From Prochlorococcus sp. AG-459-E08 (GTDB lineage Bacteria > Cyanobacteriota > Cyanobacteriia > PCC-6307 > Cyanobiaceae): DNA of 64,000 nt. Both the position numbers and the translations under genes were made by a program. This document shows positions 1 to 10,505 of the stretch, piece by piece (the stretch's first letter is position 1; the number at the start of each line of letters is the position of its first letter). The stretch lies in assembly GCA_003209425.1 (NCBI GenBank), contig QCRB01000001.1:44026-108025 (forward strand). The letters run 5' to 3'. Under the pieces are notes generated by a model. That model searched no databases. It saw only the letters and a list, made by a program, of their open reading frames with translations, and had not been told where the DNA came from.

Positions 1-1
1 A

Positions 2-703
2 ATAGAAAAAATATCAACTGCACATAAACCTGGAATAATAGATCATCAAAATTTCGAAAAATGTCTTGTCATACCAATTAAAGGTGAGATCCCAAAATTT
101 AAAGATATTAATTTATTAGAGTATATGTCGGAATCAATATTCTCCAGTAAATTCGTAGACTCATATTTTGTCACTACAGATAATGAAAATACTGCAAAAA
201 CTGCAAAAAATCTTGGATTTTCAATAGCAAAGATAAGAGAATCTAATTTATCAAACCCTAAGTCAACAATCGAAGATGTTCATTGTTGGCATCTAAAGGT
301 TCTTGAGAATGAACTAAATTATCATCCAGATATCATTATTCATGCAGAAATTACTTTCCCATTTAGAAATAAAAATTTAATTGATGAATTAATTAAATCA
401 TTTCTAAACTCTGGAGCAGATACTGTTATGCCTGCAAAGTCTGAGTATTCTTGGGCATGGCAAGAAAAAAGTAAAGACAATTTAGTTAGATTAGACGAAG
501 GAGATATTCCAAGAGAATTTAAAAAGTCATTATTGTTAGGATCACATGGGCTTGGTTGTATCACTCATGCGGAAGTTATTAGAAAAAATTCATTAGTTGG
601 AGATAAAGTTTATCTTCATAAAATTCATGATCAAGTCTCTTTTATAGAAATCAGGAATCAAAATGATGCTGATTTAGTTAGAGAGAGATTTAAGAATGTC
701 TAA
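2..703 (+). CDS. Acylneuraminate cytidylyltransferase-like domain protein, 5'-truncated by the window edge
   Basis: The frame is open from base 2 (IEKISTAHK...CLVIPIKGE...LLEYMSES), so the ATG at 125 is internal. VTTD and TFPFR segments and C-terminal FIEIRNQND resemble the NeuA fold, but the PARGGSK motif is degenerate. Confidence 0.6.
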   Translation: MEKISTAHKPGIIDHQNFEKCLVIPIKGEIPKFKDINLLEYMSESIFSSKFVDSYFVTTDNENTAKTAKNLGFSIAKIRESNLSNPKSTIEDVHCWHLKVLENELNYHPDIIIHAEITFPFRNKNLIDELIKSFLNSGADTVMPAKSEYSWAWQEKSKDNLVRLDEGDIPREFKKSLLLGSHGLGCITHAEVIRKNSLVGDKVYLHKIHDQVSFIEIRNQNDADLVRERFKNV

Positions 704-2426
704 AACCAATAAAAATAGCCTTTATTTAATAATAGATAAAAGTAAATTAGATAAAAGATTTTTCAAAAAAGGAAAAAATATCTTTACTTTAAATAAATAC
801 ATACTTAACAAATTTGAACGTAAAAATATTAATCATTTTTTTCCAAACCCATCAAGTGTATCTGCAAATGCAAAAAATTTATTATTGAAAACAAATAAAG
901 CAAAGAATTTTCTAATAGATAAGCTAAAAAAAATTAAAAGTTTTAATCAAATTAAAGATTTAGATGAATTACTTGATCCATATCTAGAGATTAAGATATC
1001 TCGTTTTTTTTATATTCAAGATATTATACCTAACTTTAAATATTACATCCTTATAAATAATAATAAACGGATTAAATATTCAAATAAAATTGATCTGATT
1101 CTTGCAATAGATTTTTTTTATAGCGATAAAAAAACAAAAAAACTTTCTTATATTGATAGATATTCTGAAATAAGAAATAATCTTTTTTATGATTTAATTT
1201 TATCTTTTCAAAGCTATTTAGTTAATAAATTATTACTTAAAAATAAAAAGGAGATTTATTTAATTTCCGATAGTCAGGTATATTTTTTAGATTATTTAAA
1301 ATCTAAATTTATATCAGAAGGAAAACTAGTCCTTTACTTTTGCTCATCTACCTCATATTTAAGAATCATTAAATTAATAATTGAACAATGTATAAAATTA
1401 CTTTTTAGGAAAGACTATAAAGAATTAGGATTTTTTTTACTTCCGAATAGCAAAAAACATAACTACGAATTTTTTAGTGATATTAATTCAACATTACTTG
1501 ATAAGAAATATAACTACTATTTAATTAAGCAAATATATTCAAACTTATCAAATACCTGCAATTTCACCCTATATTTTGAAAAAATATTTAGAATTTCAAA
1601 AATAAAAAAGTCTTTTTTTCACTCGGCAAGATTCCCTGATCTTTTTTCTTTATCTAGAGTTTTAAGTCAAAAAAATGAAGAGGTTTATCTAATAAGTCAT
1701 GGTTCTCATACAACTCAAAAAAATGGTCAATCAAATTTATTAGCTTCAAAATCAATTGGCATTGGCTTAGCTTTTACAAAAGAAAAAAAAATAAGGTTAT
1801 TGAGCCAGTCTCATTTTTGTGATGATTATTTAGATTCATTAGACAAAAAATACTCAAAAATAAATTTTATTAATAATAAAACAGCATATCCTAAAAAAGA
1901 AATTTATATAAAGAAAAGAACTCAAAGAACTCAGATCTTATATGTTGGAACTGTTAAAGAATTAGGGGCTAGGAGATATTATTATGAATCATCCCCTGAG
2001 TTCTTTGGGAGTATTTTTGAAATATATAATAAAATCTCAAAATATAAAAATATTTTTGAATTAATCATACGAATTAGAGATGTTCCCAATGAAATAAATG
2101 ATGAAATTTTAAACAATGCCTTTGAAGATTTAAAGGATTTTATAACTTTAAGAAAGGGCACTTCTTTAGATAATGAAATATATAATTGTGACTGTATGAT
2201 TTCTTATTCATCTACAGTTTTGGAAGAGGGACTTGAAAATAAAAAACCTGTAATGTGCTATGGGTTACCAGAATATAATCATTTGATAAATTACGAAAAT
2301 ATAAAAATAAAAAAAACTCAACAAATTCATTTTAAAAAGAACAATCTACAATTAATTGAAGATTGCCTTCAGAGAAAGTTTATTTATAAAAACCTCCCAA
2401 GAAGGAATTTAGATAAAATTTATTAA
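696..2426 (+). CDS. Hypothetical surface-carbohydrate protein, possible GT-B glycosyltransferase
   Basis: 576-aa ORF overlapping the upstream gene; C-terminal CDCMISYSSTVLEEGLENKKPV resembles the GT-B donor-binding region. Confidence 0.45.
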   Translation: MSKTNKNSLYLIIDKSKLDKRFFKKGKNIFTLNKYILNKFERKNINHFFPNPSSVSANAKNLLLKTNKAKNFLIDKLKKIKSFNQIKDLDELLDPYLEIKISRFFYIQDIIPNFKYYILINNNKRIKYSNKIDLILAIDFFYSDKKTKKLSYIDRYSEIRNNLFYDLILSFQSYLVNKLLLKNKKEIYLISDSQVYFLDYLKSKFISEGKLVLYFCSSTSYLRIIKLIIEQCIKLLFRKDYKELGFFLLPNSKKHNYEFFSDINSTLLDKKYNYYLIKQIYSNLSNTCNFTLYFEKIFRISKIKKSFFHSARFPDLFSLSRVLSQKNEEVYLISHGSHTTQKNGQSNLLASKSIGIGLAFTKEKKIRLLSQSHFCDDYLDSLDKKYSKINFINNKTAYPKKEIYIKKRTQRTQILYVGTVKELGARRYYYESSPEFFGSIFEIYNKISKYKNIFELIIRIRDVPNEINDEILNNAFEDLKDFITLRKGTSLDNEIYNCDCMISYSSTVLEEGLENKKPVMCYGLPEYNHLINYENIKIKKTQQIHFKKNNLQLIEDCLQRKFIYKNLPRRNLDKIY

Positions 2427-2556
2427 AAAATTTTATTATTAGAGTAAATAGATCTTTAACAACTTTAATTACATTTTTAATTGTTATTTTTATAATCAAT
2501 TTTTTTATATTAGTATTGTTTGATTAGAGAGTACGGTTCAAATTCAACAAATAATA

Positions 2557-3507
2557 ATGAAATCTAAAAAAGTATTTTTTTCAATTGTAGTACCCTGCTA
2601 TAACGTGCAAGATACATTAAAAGAAACAATTGAATCTATTCTGAAACAAGATTTTAATAATTATGAAATAGTTGCAGTTGATGACGGATCTTTTGATAAG
2701 ACTTCTCAAATTTTGAATAACTACAAAATTAAAAACAACATTAAAGTCATAACTCAATCAAATAAAGGTCTTGGAGCCGCAAGAAATACAGGTATCAAAG
2801 CCTCTTATGGTAATTATATTTGTTTGCTTGATGCGGATGACTTATGGGTTCCAAACAAACTTACACAAGTATATGAAATAACAAAGAATAAAAAATACTC
2901 ATTAATATCAAATGATGAAATTATTTTAGGTAATAAATATTTATTTTATTTAAGGAATAATCCACCTAGAAGTCTTTCAAATTTATTAATATCCGGTAAT
3001 ACTTTATCCCCGTCAGCAATGACAATAAAAAAAGAAATATTTGATAAAGTTGGTTTATTTAAAGAAGGCAAGAAATTTCTTGGTGTTGAGGACTGGGACT
3101 TCTGGATAAGAGTAATTGATTCTGGCGAAAAGATTAAGCATTTACCTGAGCCATTGGGGATTTATAGAAGAGATATACAAAATATGAGCAAATCCAAAGA
3201 ATTTACAACTCGAATAATTGATATTCATAGAAATAATTCTAGATATTTTCATTCTAAAGGTATTATTTCAACTGCAGATATTAAAAATTGGGAGACTTTT
3301 CTCCTTTTGAGTAATTTTATCAACCATCCTCTTAAAAAAAATTTAATTTCTATAAGTGAGCATCTTATTAAGGGGAGCTTTAGGTATTTATTAACTTATT
3401 CATTTATTAAAATTTTCTTTAGGTTAATTTTTAGAAAGATTCAAGGAATAGTGTTAACATTATTTAAATATAAGCGGCTTAAATGTATAGCCAAAGAATT
3501 GTTGTAA
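2557..3507 (+). CDS. Glycosyltransferase family 2
   Basis: SIVVPCYN, VDDGS, NKGLGAARNTG, LDADD and EDWDFW motifs. Confidence 0.92.
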   Translation: MKSKKVFFSIVVPCYNVQDTLKETIESILKQDFNNYEIVAVDDGSFDKTSQILNNYKIKNNIKVITQSNKGLGAARNTGIKASYGNYICLLDADDLWVPNKLTQVYEITKNKKYSLISNDEIILGNKYLFYLRNNPPRSLSNLLISGNTLSPSAMTIKKEIFDKVGLFKEGKKFLGVEDWDFWIRVIDSGEKIKHLPEPLGIYRRDIQNMSKSKEFTTRIIDIHRNNSRYFHSKGIISTADIKNWETFLLLSNFINHPLKKNLISISEHLIKGSFRYLLTYSFIKIFFRLIFRKIQGIVLTLFKYKRLKCIAKELL

Positions 3508-4466
3508 CTGGTGGAGCTGGATATATTGGCTCACATTTCTGTAAATATGCTAAAAGTAAAGGACATCAGATAATCACTCTAGATAATTTATCTACAGGAT
3601 ATAAAGAGTTCGTAAAATGGGGTGATTTCTTCTTGATTGATGTTAGGGAATCAAATAAATTATATGAAATACTCTCAAAAATAAAACCAAACTTTTTAGT
3701 TCATTTTGCAGCTTCAGCTTATGTACAGGATTCTTTTATTAATCCATTAGATTATATTTCCAATAATATTGGTGGAATGGAATCTGTTACGAGAATTTGC
3801 ACAGAACTTTCAATCCCTATTATATTTTCATCTTCTTGCTCAGTCTATGGAGAAGTAAAAAGTTTACCCGTAGATGAGGAATCAGAACTTATCCCTTTAA
3901 GTCCTTATGGAGAAACAAAGCTTTTATGTGAAAAGATTTTAAAATGGTGTGAGAAATCATCAGATTTAAAATATGTTTCATTGAGATATTTCAATGCCGC
4001 AGGAGCCGATTTTGATAAACAAATTGGAGAAAATCATAATCCAGAAACCCATTTAATTCCTCTTGTAATTAAATCTCTTAATGAAGGTATTAAGCTTAAA
4101 ATATTTGGAGATAACTATAATACAAAAGATGGGACTGCAGTAAGAGATTATATTCATGTGAATGACTTAGCTAGGGCTCATTTAAAAGCCATAGAATATC
4201 TTCACTCAAATGGCAAATCTGATTTTTTTAATTTAGGTAGTGGTTATGGAACAAGTATTTTAAAAATTGTTAATACCCTAGAGTCAATTGCAGGCTTAAA
4301 AATTAAAAAGGAATTTTGCCCTAAAAGAATCGGTGATCCATCTAAATTATTTGCAGATATAAATAAGGCAAAGAATATTCTTAATTGGGAACCAAAATAC
4401 TCTAAAATTGAGACTATTCTTCAATCAGCATGGGATTGGCACAAAATATCAATTAAGAATAATTAG
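3483..4466 (+). CDS. galE: UDP-glucose 4-epimerase
   Basis: TGGAGYIGSH, YGETK, LRYFNAAGA, GENHNPETHLIP and DGTAVRDYIHV. Confidence 0.92.
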   Translation: MYSQRIVVTGGAGYIGSHFCKYAKSKGHQIITLDNLSTGYKEFVKWGDFFLIDVRESNKLYEILSKIKPNFLVHFAASAYVQDSFINPLDYISNNIGGMESVTRICTELSIPIIFSSSCSVYGEVKSLPVDEESELIPLSPYGETKLLCEKILKWCEKSSDLKYVSLRYFNAAGADFDKQIGENHNPETHLIPLVIKSLNEGIKLKIFGDNYNTKDGTAVRDYIHVNDLARAHLKAIEYLHSNGKSDFFNLGSGYGTSILKIVNTLESIAGLKIKKEFCPKRIGDPSKLFADINKAKNILNWEPKYSKIETILQSAWDWHKISIKNN

Positions 4467-4510
4467 ATTTTTTGATATTTTAAAATTAGAAATTAATTCA
4501 AACATAATTC

Positions 4511-5914
4511 ATGCCTCTAACACAAAAAATTCATTCTAAGAATAAGATATCTTTATACCCCTTAATTGAATCTAAAAATATTTTCATTAGTATTTATAAA
4601 GCTTTTAAAAATAAAAAAAATGATCACTACAAAATTCTTTATAAATCTAAAAATCTAATTTTATATCCACGTTCAACATTATCCTTATTAAGAATTTACC
4701 AATACCTTCATATTTACAAGAGTAAAAGAACCATTTTTATTCCAGATTTTATTTGCAACGAATCATTATCCTTACTAAGGAAAACTAATGCAAAGATAAT
4801 TTTTTATGACCACACCCTTCTCAAAAATAAAAAGCTAATCTCAGAGTTAAAATCTAATGAAGTAGATATTTTTTTGTTTATAAACTACTTTGGAAAAAGA
4901 ATAAGAATAAATAATGATTTATTAGAATTTATTAATCAAAAGAATATAACCTTAATAGAAGACAATACACATTGTTTAACTTCATTTGAAAATAGTTTTT
5001 CTGATATAGAAATATATAGCCCTCATAAATTATTTGGAATAGAAGATGGAAGCATTATAAAATTTAAAGATTCTTTTGATTACAAACAATTTAAATTTTT
5101 TCATCAAATTCAGAAAAATAATTATAGAGATTTTAAGATAAGAAGAATAATTGATTTTCTCACTTTATTTATAAAAAGGAATATTAGAAAATACTTTGGA
5201 TATAGATATCCAGAATTGAACTTTAATAAAAATAATAGTTCCCTCTATAAGATAAATTTTAATTTAGGCGTGATGTCCAAAAAATTATTAAATCTTTATT
5301 GCGAAAAAATAGATTTTATAAAAAAGAAACGAGTTTCAAACTATAACTGTTGGAAAAAAAATTTAAAATTGATACTACCTTTTTTGGAAATGGAAAATTT
5401 AAAATATATTCCATATCTAGGTATAGTTAATTTTAAAAATACAAGAGAAAGAACTAAGATTTTAAAACAATATAATTTATATGGCTTACCTTTTGGGAAT
5501 TGGCCTGATCTACCGCCTGAAGTGATCAAATCAAGAGATAAATATAAAAATGCAATCAGAAGGTTCAAGAATCAAATAACACTCCCTACACATCAGAACG
5601 TAACTAAAAAATTAATTGAGAATTGTGTAGAAAGTTGTTTTAGACAATATATAGATTCATTTGACTTGGTTTATTCCTCTACAAAAAAAGAAATAAAAAT
5701 TTTTGAAAAAGATAAAATTATTGGAAAGATTATTATTTCTTATGACTCTAAGGATCAAAAGAGTATTTTAAAATTGAAATTTTACAAAAAATTTAAAACA
5801 AAATATCGTAATTCACGACAGTTTTTTTATAAATTTGCCATTGGTATAATAAAAAAATTAACCATAAATAAACAATTTAATTATCCTAAAAATTTAGTTT
5901 TAAAATTTTATTAA
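4511..5914 (+). CDS. Divergent DegT-like PLP-dependent protein with C-terminal extension
   Basis: IPDFICN, INYFG, IEDNTH, YSPHKLFGIEDG (PLP lysine) and ITLPTHQ. Confidence 0.6.
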   Translation: MPLTQKIHSKNKISLYPLIESKNIFISIYKAFKNKKNDHYKILYKSKNLILYPRSTLSLLRIYQYLHIYKSKRTIFIPDFICNESLSLLRKTNAKIIFYDHTLLKNKKLISELKSNEVDIFLFINYFGKRIRINNDLLEFINQKNITLIEDNTHCLTSFENSFSDIEIYSPHKLFGIEDGSIIKFKDSFDYKQFKFFHQIQKNNYRDFKIRRIIDFLTLFIKRNIRKYFGYRYPELNFNKNNSSLYKINFNLGVMSKKLLNLYCEKIDFIKKKRVSNYNCWKKNLKLILPFLEMENLKYIPYLGIVNFKNTRERTKILKQYNLYGLPFGNWPDLPPEVIKSRDKYKNAIRRFKNQITLPTHQNVTKKLIENCVESCFRQYIDSFDLVYSSTKKEIKIFEKDKIIGKIIISYDSKDQKSILKLKFYKKFKTKYRNSRQFFYKFAIGIIKKLTINKQFNYPKNLVLKFY

Positions 5915-5948
5915 TTGTCTTTAATAATTTTTTTTTACAATTCTAACT

Positions 5949-6929
5949 ATGAACATAAAAAAACTAAATAAAAAAAATAATAAATTTATTATTGAAGAAA
6001 TAGATATATGTGAATATAAAAAAATATTTCAAAAATTAAATTTCGCAAATCTCTCTCATATTCAAACCCCGGGATATTATCTTAATAAAAATGATTCTTA
6101 TTATCTAAAGATTTCTTATAAAAATATTATATGTGGGATCGTTAGTTTAACAAAAAGATCTTTTTGTTTAGGCTTGTTAAAAATTATTAGAATGAACGAT
6201 GGGCCTTTAATATGTGAAGAATTTCATAAATATAAATACCTTTTACTATTTGCAATTTTTAGATTCATTAAAAACAAATACGCAAAAATAATATCCTTCT
6301 CGCCACCCTTTATTTATAAATATGATCTACCTTTTAAAAGATTTAATTTTATAAAATTAAGATATTATCCATCAAAAACCTATATAGTTGATTTACTCTA
6401 TCCAGAGCAAGAGCTTTTTAGGAAGCTTAGAGGTAACTGGAGAAATGGACTTAAAAAAGGATTAAAATTAGCAAAAGCCAAGGAAATAAATGATATAAGG
6501 ATGATAAAAAATATTCTTCTTGAGTACAGCGAATATGCAAATAATTTATCATTTGTTCCTATAAGTCAAGAAAAATGTTTGAGTTGGTTATTTAATGATT
6601 TAGAAAATAACGGCCTCTTAGGTTTAAAAATATATCAGGCATATAGTTTAAAAGATCCTGAAAATAATTTAGGGAGCATTGGGGTATTATTATTTAAAAA
6701 TAAAGCATTGTATTTATTTGGATTCACGAATGAGAAAGGTAGAAAATTGCAAGCAAATACTTTATTACTTTGGCATGCCATAATTGATAGTAAAAAAAAT
6801 GGTTTAAAGGAATTCGATCTTGGAGGTTTTAATAAAAACACATCAAATGGCATTAAGAAATTTAAAGAAGGTTTAAATGGAAGAATTATAGAAACATTAG
6901 GGGAATATATTTATATTGGATTTTGCTAA
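5949..6929 (+). CDS. FemAB/FemX-like GNAT-fold acyl/aminoacyl transferase
   Basis: LRGNWRNGLKK, ANTLLLWHAI, FDLGG and GIKKFKEGLNG are typical of the Fem-like fold. Confidence 0.75.
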   Translation: MNIKKLNKKNNKFIIEEIDICEYKKIFQKLNFANLSHIQTPGYYLNKNDSYYLKISYKNIICGIVSLTKRSFCLGLLKIIRMNDGPLICEEFHKYKYLLLFAIFRFIKNKYAKIISFSPPFIYKYDLPFKRFNFIKLRYYPSKTYIVDLLYPEQELFRKLRGNWRNGLKKGLKLAKAKEINDIRMIKNILLEYSEYANNLSFVPISQEKCLSWLFNDLENNGLLGLKIYQAYSLKDPENNLGSIGVLLFKNKALYLFGFTNEKGRKLQANTLLLWHAIIDSKKNGLKEFDLGGFNKNTSNGIKKFKEGLNGRIIETLGEYIYIGFC

Positions 6930-6938
6930 AATTAGATT

Positions 6939-8102
6939 ATGTTTTTTAAATATAACAAATACAAAACAAGTTTTTTTACCCGAGTAAATTTAATAGAATT
7001 TTACTATTTTATATTATCTATATTTTTAATTTTAATTGTCTCGATACCCCCCTTTCGATCTCTGAACTCTATAAGTGCAAGTTTAAAAGGATATTATTAT
7101 GTTAATTATATTGATTTAGGATTTATAAAAAGAGGTTTAATAGGAACAATATTTAAGCTATTACGATTATCAGATAATCTCACTCCTTCTTTGTTGGTAT
7201 TAACTTCTCATTTATTTTTTTCAATTTTATTTTGTATTACTTTCTGGATATTTACAAGGTCATGTTTTAAAGATTGGAAAGTAAAAGAAAAAATACCTTT
7301 CTATACTTTATTTACTTTAAGTCCAGTCTTATTTTTTAGATTAGGATATGACATTGGGAGAATGGATTTAATATGCCTAGTTTTATCTCTTTTTACAATA
7401 ATATTTACAATAAGTAATTCATATTCTTTTGCGAAAAAAAGTATATTTATTTCAATAAGTATTTCTTTACAGCTTTTAATTCATGAAGCTTCACTTTTAT
7501 TCTATGTACCCTTAATTATTGGACTTTTATTTTATAAATATAGGAATGTAAGTTACAAGAAGCTTTTAAAAAAAATTCCAATATTTTCACTACCTTTAAT
7601 TATAGGTTTTTTACTTTTGGTTTTTGGTAGATATGAACCAGGTAGAGAGGAACTGGGCATTTATTTAACTAATATAAGCAAGGAATTAGAAACTTCCATG
7701 AATGTAGAACTAATTCATACGTTAAAAGATAGTTTTGATCATTCTCTTTTTTTACTAACTCCAAAATCATTACTAGGAGGAAGTTATCTTATTACTCTTT
7801 ACTATTGCTTTATTTTATATATAGTTTTTAAATTTATGAAATTACCACTTTATCTTAAATTATCTGTCTTTTCGCCTTTAATTCTATCGTTTATAGCTAG
7901 AGATGATACTAGGTTTCTTGCTGCATCTACAATTTGCTGTAACTTATTAATGATTATTTCTGCAAAAGAATCAAAATTAGATTTTCCAAAATTTTTTGGT
8001 TTATTAACTTATATTTTCCTAATTACAATCTTCTTACTAGGACCTTGGGGAATTGGATCTTATGATCCATTGCCACTTTTAAAGCACTATAATTTTAATT
8101 GA
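6939..8102 (+). CDS. Polytopic membrane protein, candidate GT-C pentofuranosyltransferase
   Basis: About 10 hydrophobic segments; loop YIDLGFIKRGLIG, GRMD, IHE and DDTRF; lies directly upstream of the polyprenyl-phosphoribose genes. Confidence 0.55.
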   Translation: MFFKYNKYKTSFFTRVNLIEFYYFILSIFLILIVSIPPFRSLNSISASLKGYYYVNYIDLGFIKRGLIGTIFKLLRLSDNLTPSLLVLTSHLFFSILFCITFWIFTRSCFKDWKVKEKIPFYTLFTLSPVLFFRLGYDIGRMDLICLVLSLFTIIFTISNSYSFAKKSIFISISISLQLLIHEASLLFYVPLIIGLLFYKYRNVSYKKLLKKIPIFSLPLIIGFLLLVFGRYEPGREELGIYLTNISKELETSMNVELIHTLKDSFDHSLFLLTPKSLLGGSYLITLYYCFILYIVFKFMKLPLYLKLSVFSPLILSFIARDDTRFLAASTICCNLLMIISAKESKLDFPKFFGLLTYIFLITIFLLGPWGIGSYDPLPLLKHYNFN

Positions 8103-8216
8103 ATATATATTTGATAAAATAAAATTTTATTATTTTATTAATTTATAAATAATTAAAACAAAACAACCCTTAAAATTTCAATAAAAAATAAAATAACAAT
8201 TTAATCAGCCATTATT

Positions 8217-9155
8217 TTGAAAGGAATAATTTCAAAAACTTATTTTTTACCACTTCTTGTTTCATTTTTTCAAGCTATAAGACCAATACAATGGTCTAAA
8301 AATTTATTAGTTTTCGCATCATTATTATTTTCTTTTCAATTTAATCAATATATCTTTTTGAAATCATTTTATGGGTTTATAGGTTTTTGCTTTATATCTT
8401 CAGCAATATACTTATTCAATGATATTAGAGATATATCTAAAGATAAAATGCATCCAATTAAAAGATATAGGCCTATTGCTAGCGGTAAGATCTCAAAAAC
8501 ATTTGCTAAGATTGCTTCTTTAATTTTTGGATTAATCAGTTTAAAGATAGCTCAATTAATATCTTATCAATTCTTATTTATAATTCTTCTTTATGTCCTT
8601 ATTCAAATTGCTTACTGCATTAGATTAAAAAGGGAACCGCTATTAGATATTTTTTGTATTGCTTCAGGATTTCTCCTAAGAGCGATAGCTGGTTTAGTAG
8701 CCACAGAACTCAGGTTTTCACCATGGTTTATTTTAACAATTGGTCTTTTAGCTTTATTTTTAGCCGTTGAGAAGAGAAAAGCTGAACTTTTGTATTACAA
8801 AAAAACACTTATCTTAACAAGAGATATTCTTAGAAGCTATTCTCTTCCTTTACTCCTTAGATATGAAAGCTTGTTAGTATCAGGAACTTTCATAAGCTAC
8901 AGTTTATGGGCAGCTGGGCCATCTCTAAATGGAGCCTCATCATCTTGGATGCTAGTAACCTTACCTTTTGTTTTGATGGGTTTATTTAGGTATCAATTCA
9001 TAAGTGATCCTGAGATCTCTGAGATCAGAAAATATAATGGTAAATTAATAACTACTGAAAACCCAGAGCTAATTTTGATCCATGATAAAGCTATAAGACT
9101 AGTCGTATTTTTATGGCTAATATCAGTATTAATAGTTGGAATTATATTTTATTAA
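8217..9155 (+). CDS. UbiA-family polyprenyl-phosphate 5-phosphoribosyltransferase (Rv3806c/NoeC-like)
   Basis: RPIQWSKNLLVF and YLFNDIRDISKDKMHPIKRYRPIASG; multi-pass membrane protein. Confidence 0.9.
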   Translation: MKGIISKTYFLPLLVSFFQAIRPIQWSKNLLVFASLLFSFQFNQYIFLKSFYGFIGFCFISSAIYLFNDIRDISKDKMHPIKRYRPIASGKISKTFAKIASLIFGLISLKIAQLISYQFLFIILLYVLIQIAYCIRLKREPLLDIFCIASGFLLRAIAGLVATELRFSPWFILTIGLLALFLAVEKRKAELLYYKKTLILTRDILRSYSLPLLLRYESLLVSGTFISYSLWAAGPSLNGASSSWMLVTLPFVLMGLFRYQFISDPEISEIRKYNGKLITTENPELILIHDKAIRLVVFLWLISVLIVGIIFY

Positions 9156-9206
9156 ATGTTTTGGATAAATTTAGAATGTAAAATTTGAGATGAAATCAAT
9201 TTTTTT

Positions 9207-10505
9207 ATGAGAAAAAGTTCCAAAATAGCAGTTATAGGAGGTGGTCCTATGGGTCTTGCTGTTGCATATGAATTGACCCTACAAGGTTATAAACCTGTAA
9301 TTTTTGAAGCCGATAATAGATTGGGTGGTATGGCATCTTGTTTTGATTTTGATGGTTTAGAAATTGAGCGATATTATCATTTTCATTGTTTAAACGATGA
9401 AGGATTTTTTAGAATTCTAGATGAAATTGGATTAAAAGAGCAATTAAATTGGAAAAAAACAAAAATGGGTTTTTACTATCAAGGCAATTTATATAAGTGG
9501 GGTTCCTTAATATCGGTAATAATGTTTTCAAAAGTTTCTTTTTTAACGAGATTAAGATATTTATTGCACGCTGCCAGATGCTTAACTATAAAAGATTGGA
9601 ATCATTTAGACAAAATAGAAGCTGTACATTGGTTGAGAGAATGGTTAGGTGATGAGGGATATGAAAAATTATGGGAGAAACTATTTTCTTATAAATTTTA
9701 TCAATTTTCAAATCATATTTCTGCAGCTTGGATCTGGAGCAGAATTAATAGATTAGGAAAATCAAGAAAAAAACTTAAAGAAAATTTGGGATTCCTTAAA
9801 AATGGATCTATACAGCTTATTAATGAAATGTCAAAAATAATCAAGGCAAATGGAGGTGAAATAAAAATCTCTAGCCCAATTATAAATATTCAGCCTTTAA
9901 AAAAATCTGGCGCATATATAAATACTCCTACAGATGAATATAAATTTGATTTAGTTATTAGTACTATACCATTGCCACTTATTGGAGAAATATTCAGTAA
10001 TAGTAATATAAACAATTTAATTACTAATTCATATAAAAAATTAAATTACGTAGCATGCGCTTGCGTAATTTTTAAAACTAGTAAAAAAGTAACTAATAAT
10101 TTCTGGACTAATATAAATGATTCAAGATTCTCAATTCCAGGTATAATAGAAATGAGTAATTTAAGAAACCTTCCTGAAAATATAACTTATATACCTTTCT
10201 ACATGCCACAAAATCATCCTGATTATTTAAGAGATGATGAATCTTTCAAGCAAGATGCTTGGAAATGCGTAAAAGCATTAAATCCTAATTTAAAAAATAA
10301 AGATTTAATATCTTCACACTGCAGTAGATATAAATATGCCCAACCTATCTGCGAGAAAAATTTCATAGAAAAATTACCCGATCAAGAACCTTTTAATGGC
10401 ATTTTTACAGTAGATACAACTGCTTATTATCCAGAGGATAGAGGTATAAGTGAAAGTATAGATTTTGGAAGAAATTTAGTGAAAAAAATATTAAAAAGTA
10501 AATGA
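9207..10505 (+). CDS. FAD-dependent oxidoreductase (amine oxidase/PPO-like fold), candidate lipid-linked sugar epimerase
   Basis: IGGGPMG, EADNRLGG, ERYYHF and YYPEDRGISES. Confidence 0.75.
   Translation: MRKSSKIAVIGGGPMGLAVAYELTLQGYKPVIFEADNRLGGMASCFDFDGLEIERYYHFHCLNDEGFFRILDEIGLKEQLNWKKTKMGFYYQGNLYKWGSLISVIMFSKVSFLTRLRYLLHAARCLTIKDWNHLDKIEAVHWLREWLGDEGYEKLWEKLFSYKFYQFSNHISAAWIWSRINRLGKSRKKLKENLGFLKNGSIQLINEMSKIIKANGGEIKISSPIINIQPLKKSGAYINTPTDEYKFDLVISTIPLPLIGEIFSNSNINNLITNSYKKLNYVACACVIFKTSKKVTNNFWTNINDSRFSIPGIIEMSNLRNLPENITYIPFYMPQNHPDYLRDDESFKQDAWKCVKALNPNLKNKDLISSHCSRYKYAQPICEKNFIEKLPDQEPFNGIFTVDTTAYYPEDRGISESIDFGRNLVKKILKSK

Noticed and set aside
8217-9155. Annotation as a ubiquinone/plastoquinone prenyltransferase
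   Set aside because: QWxKN and HPxKxxRP motifs and the dprE1/E2 context indicate the phosphoribosyltransferase subfamily.
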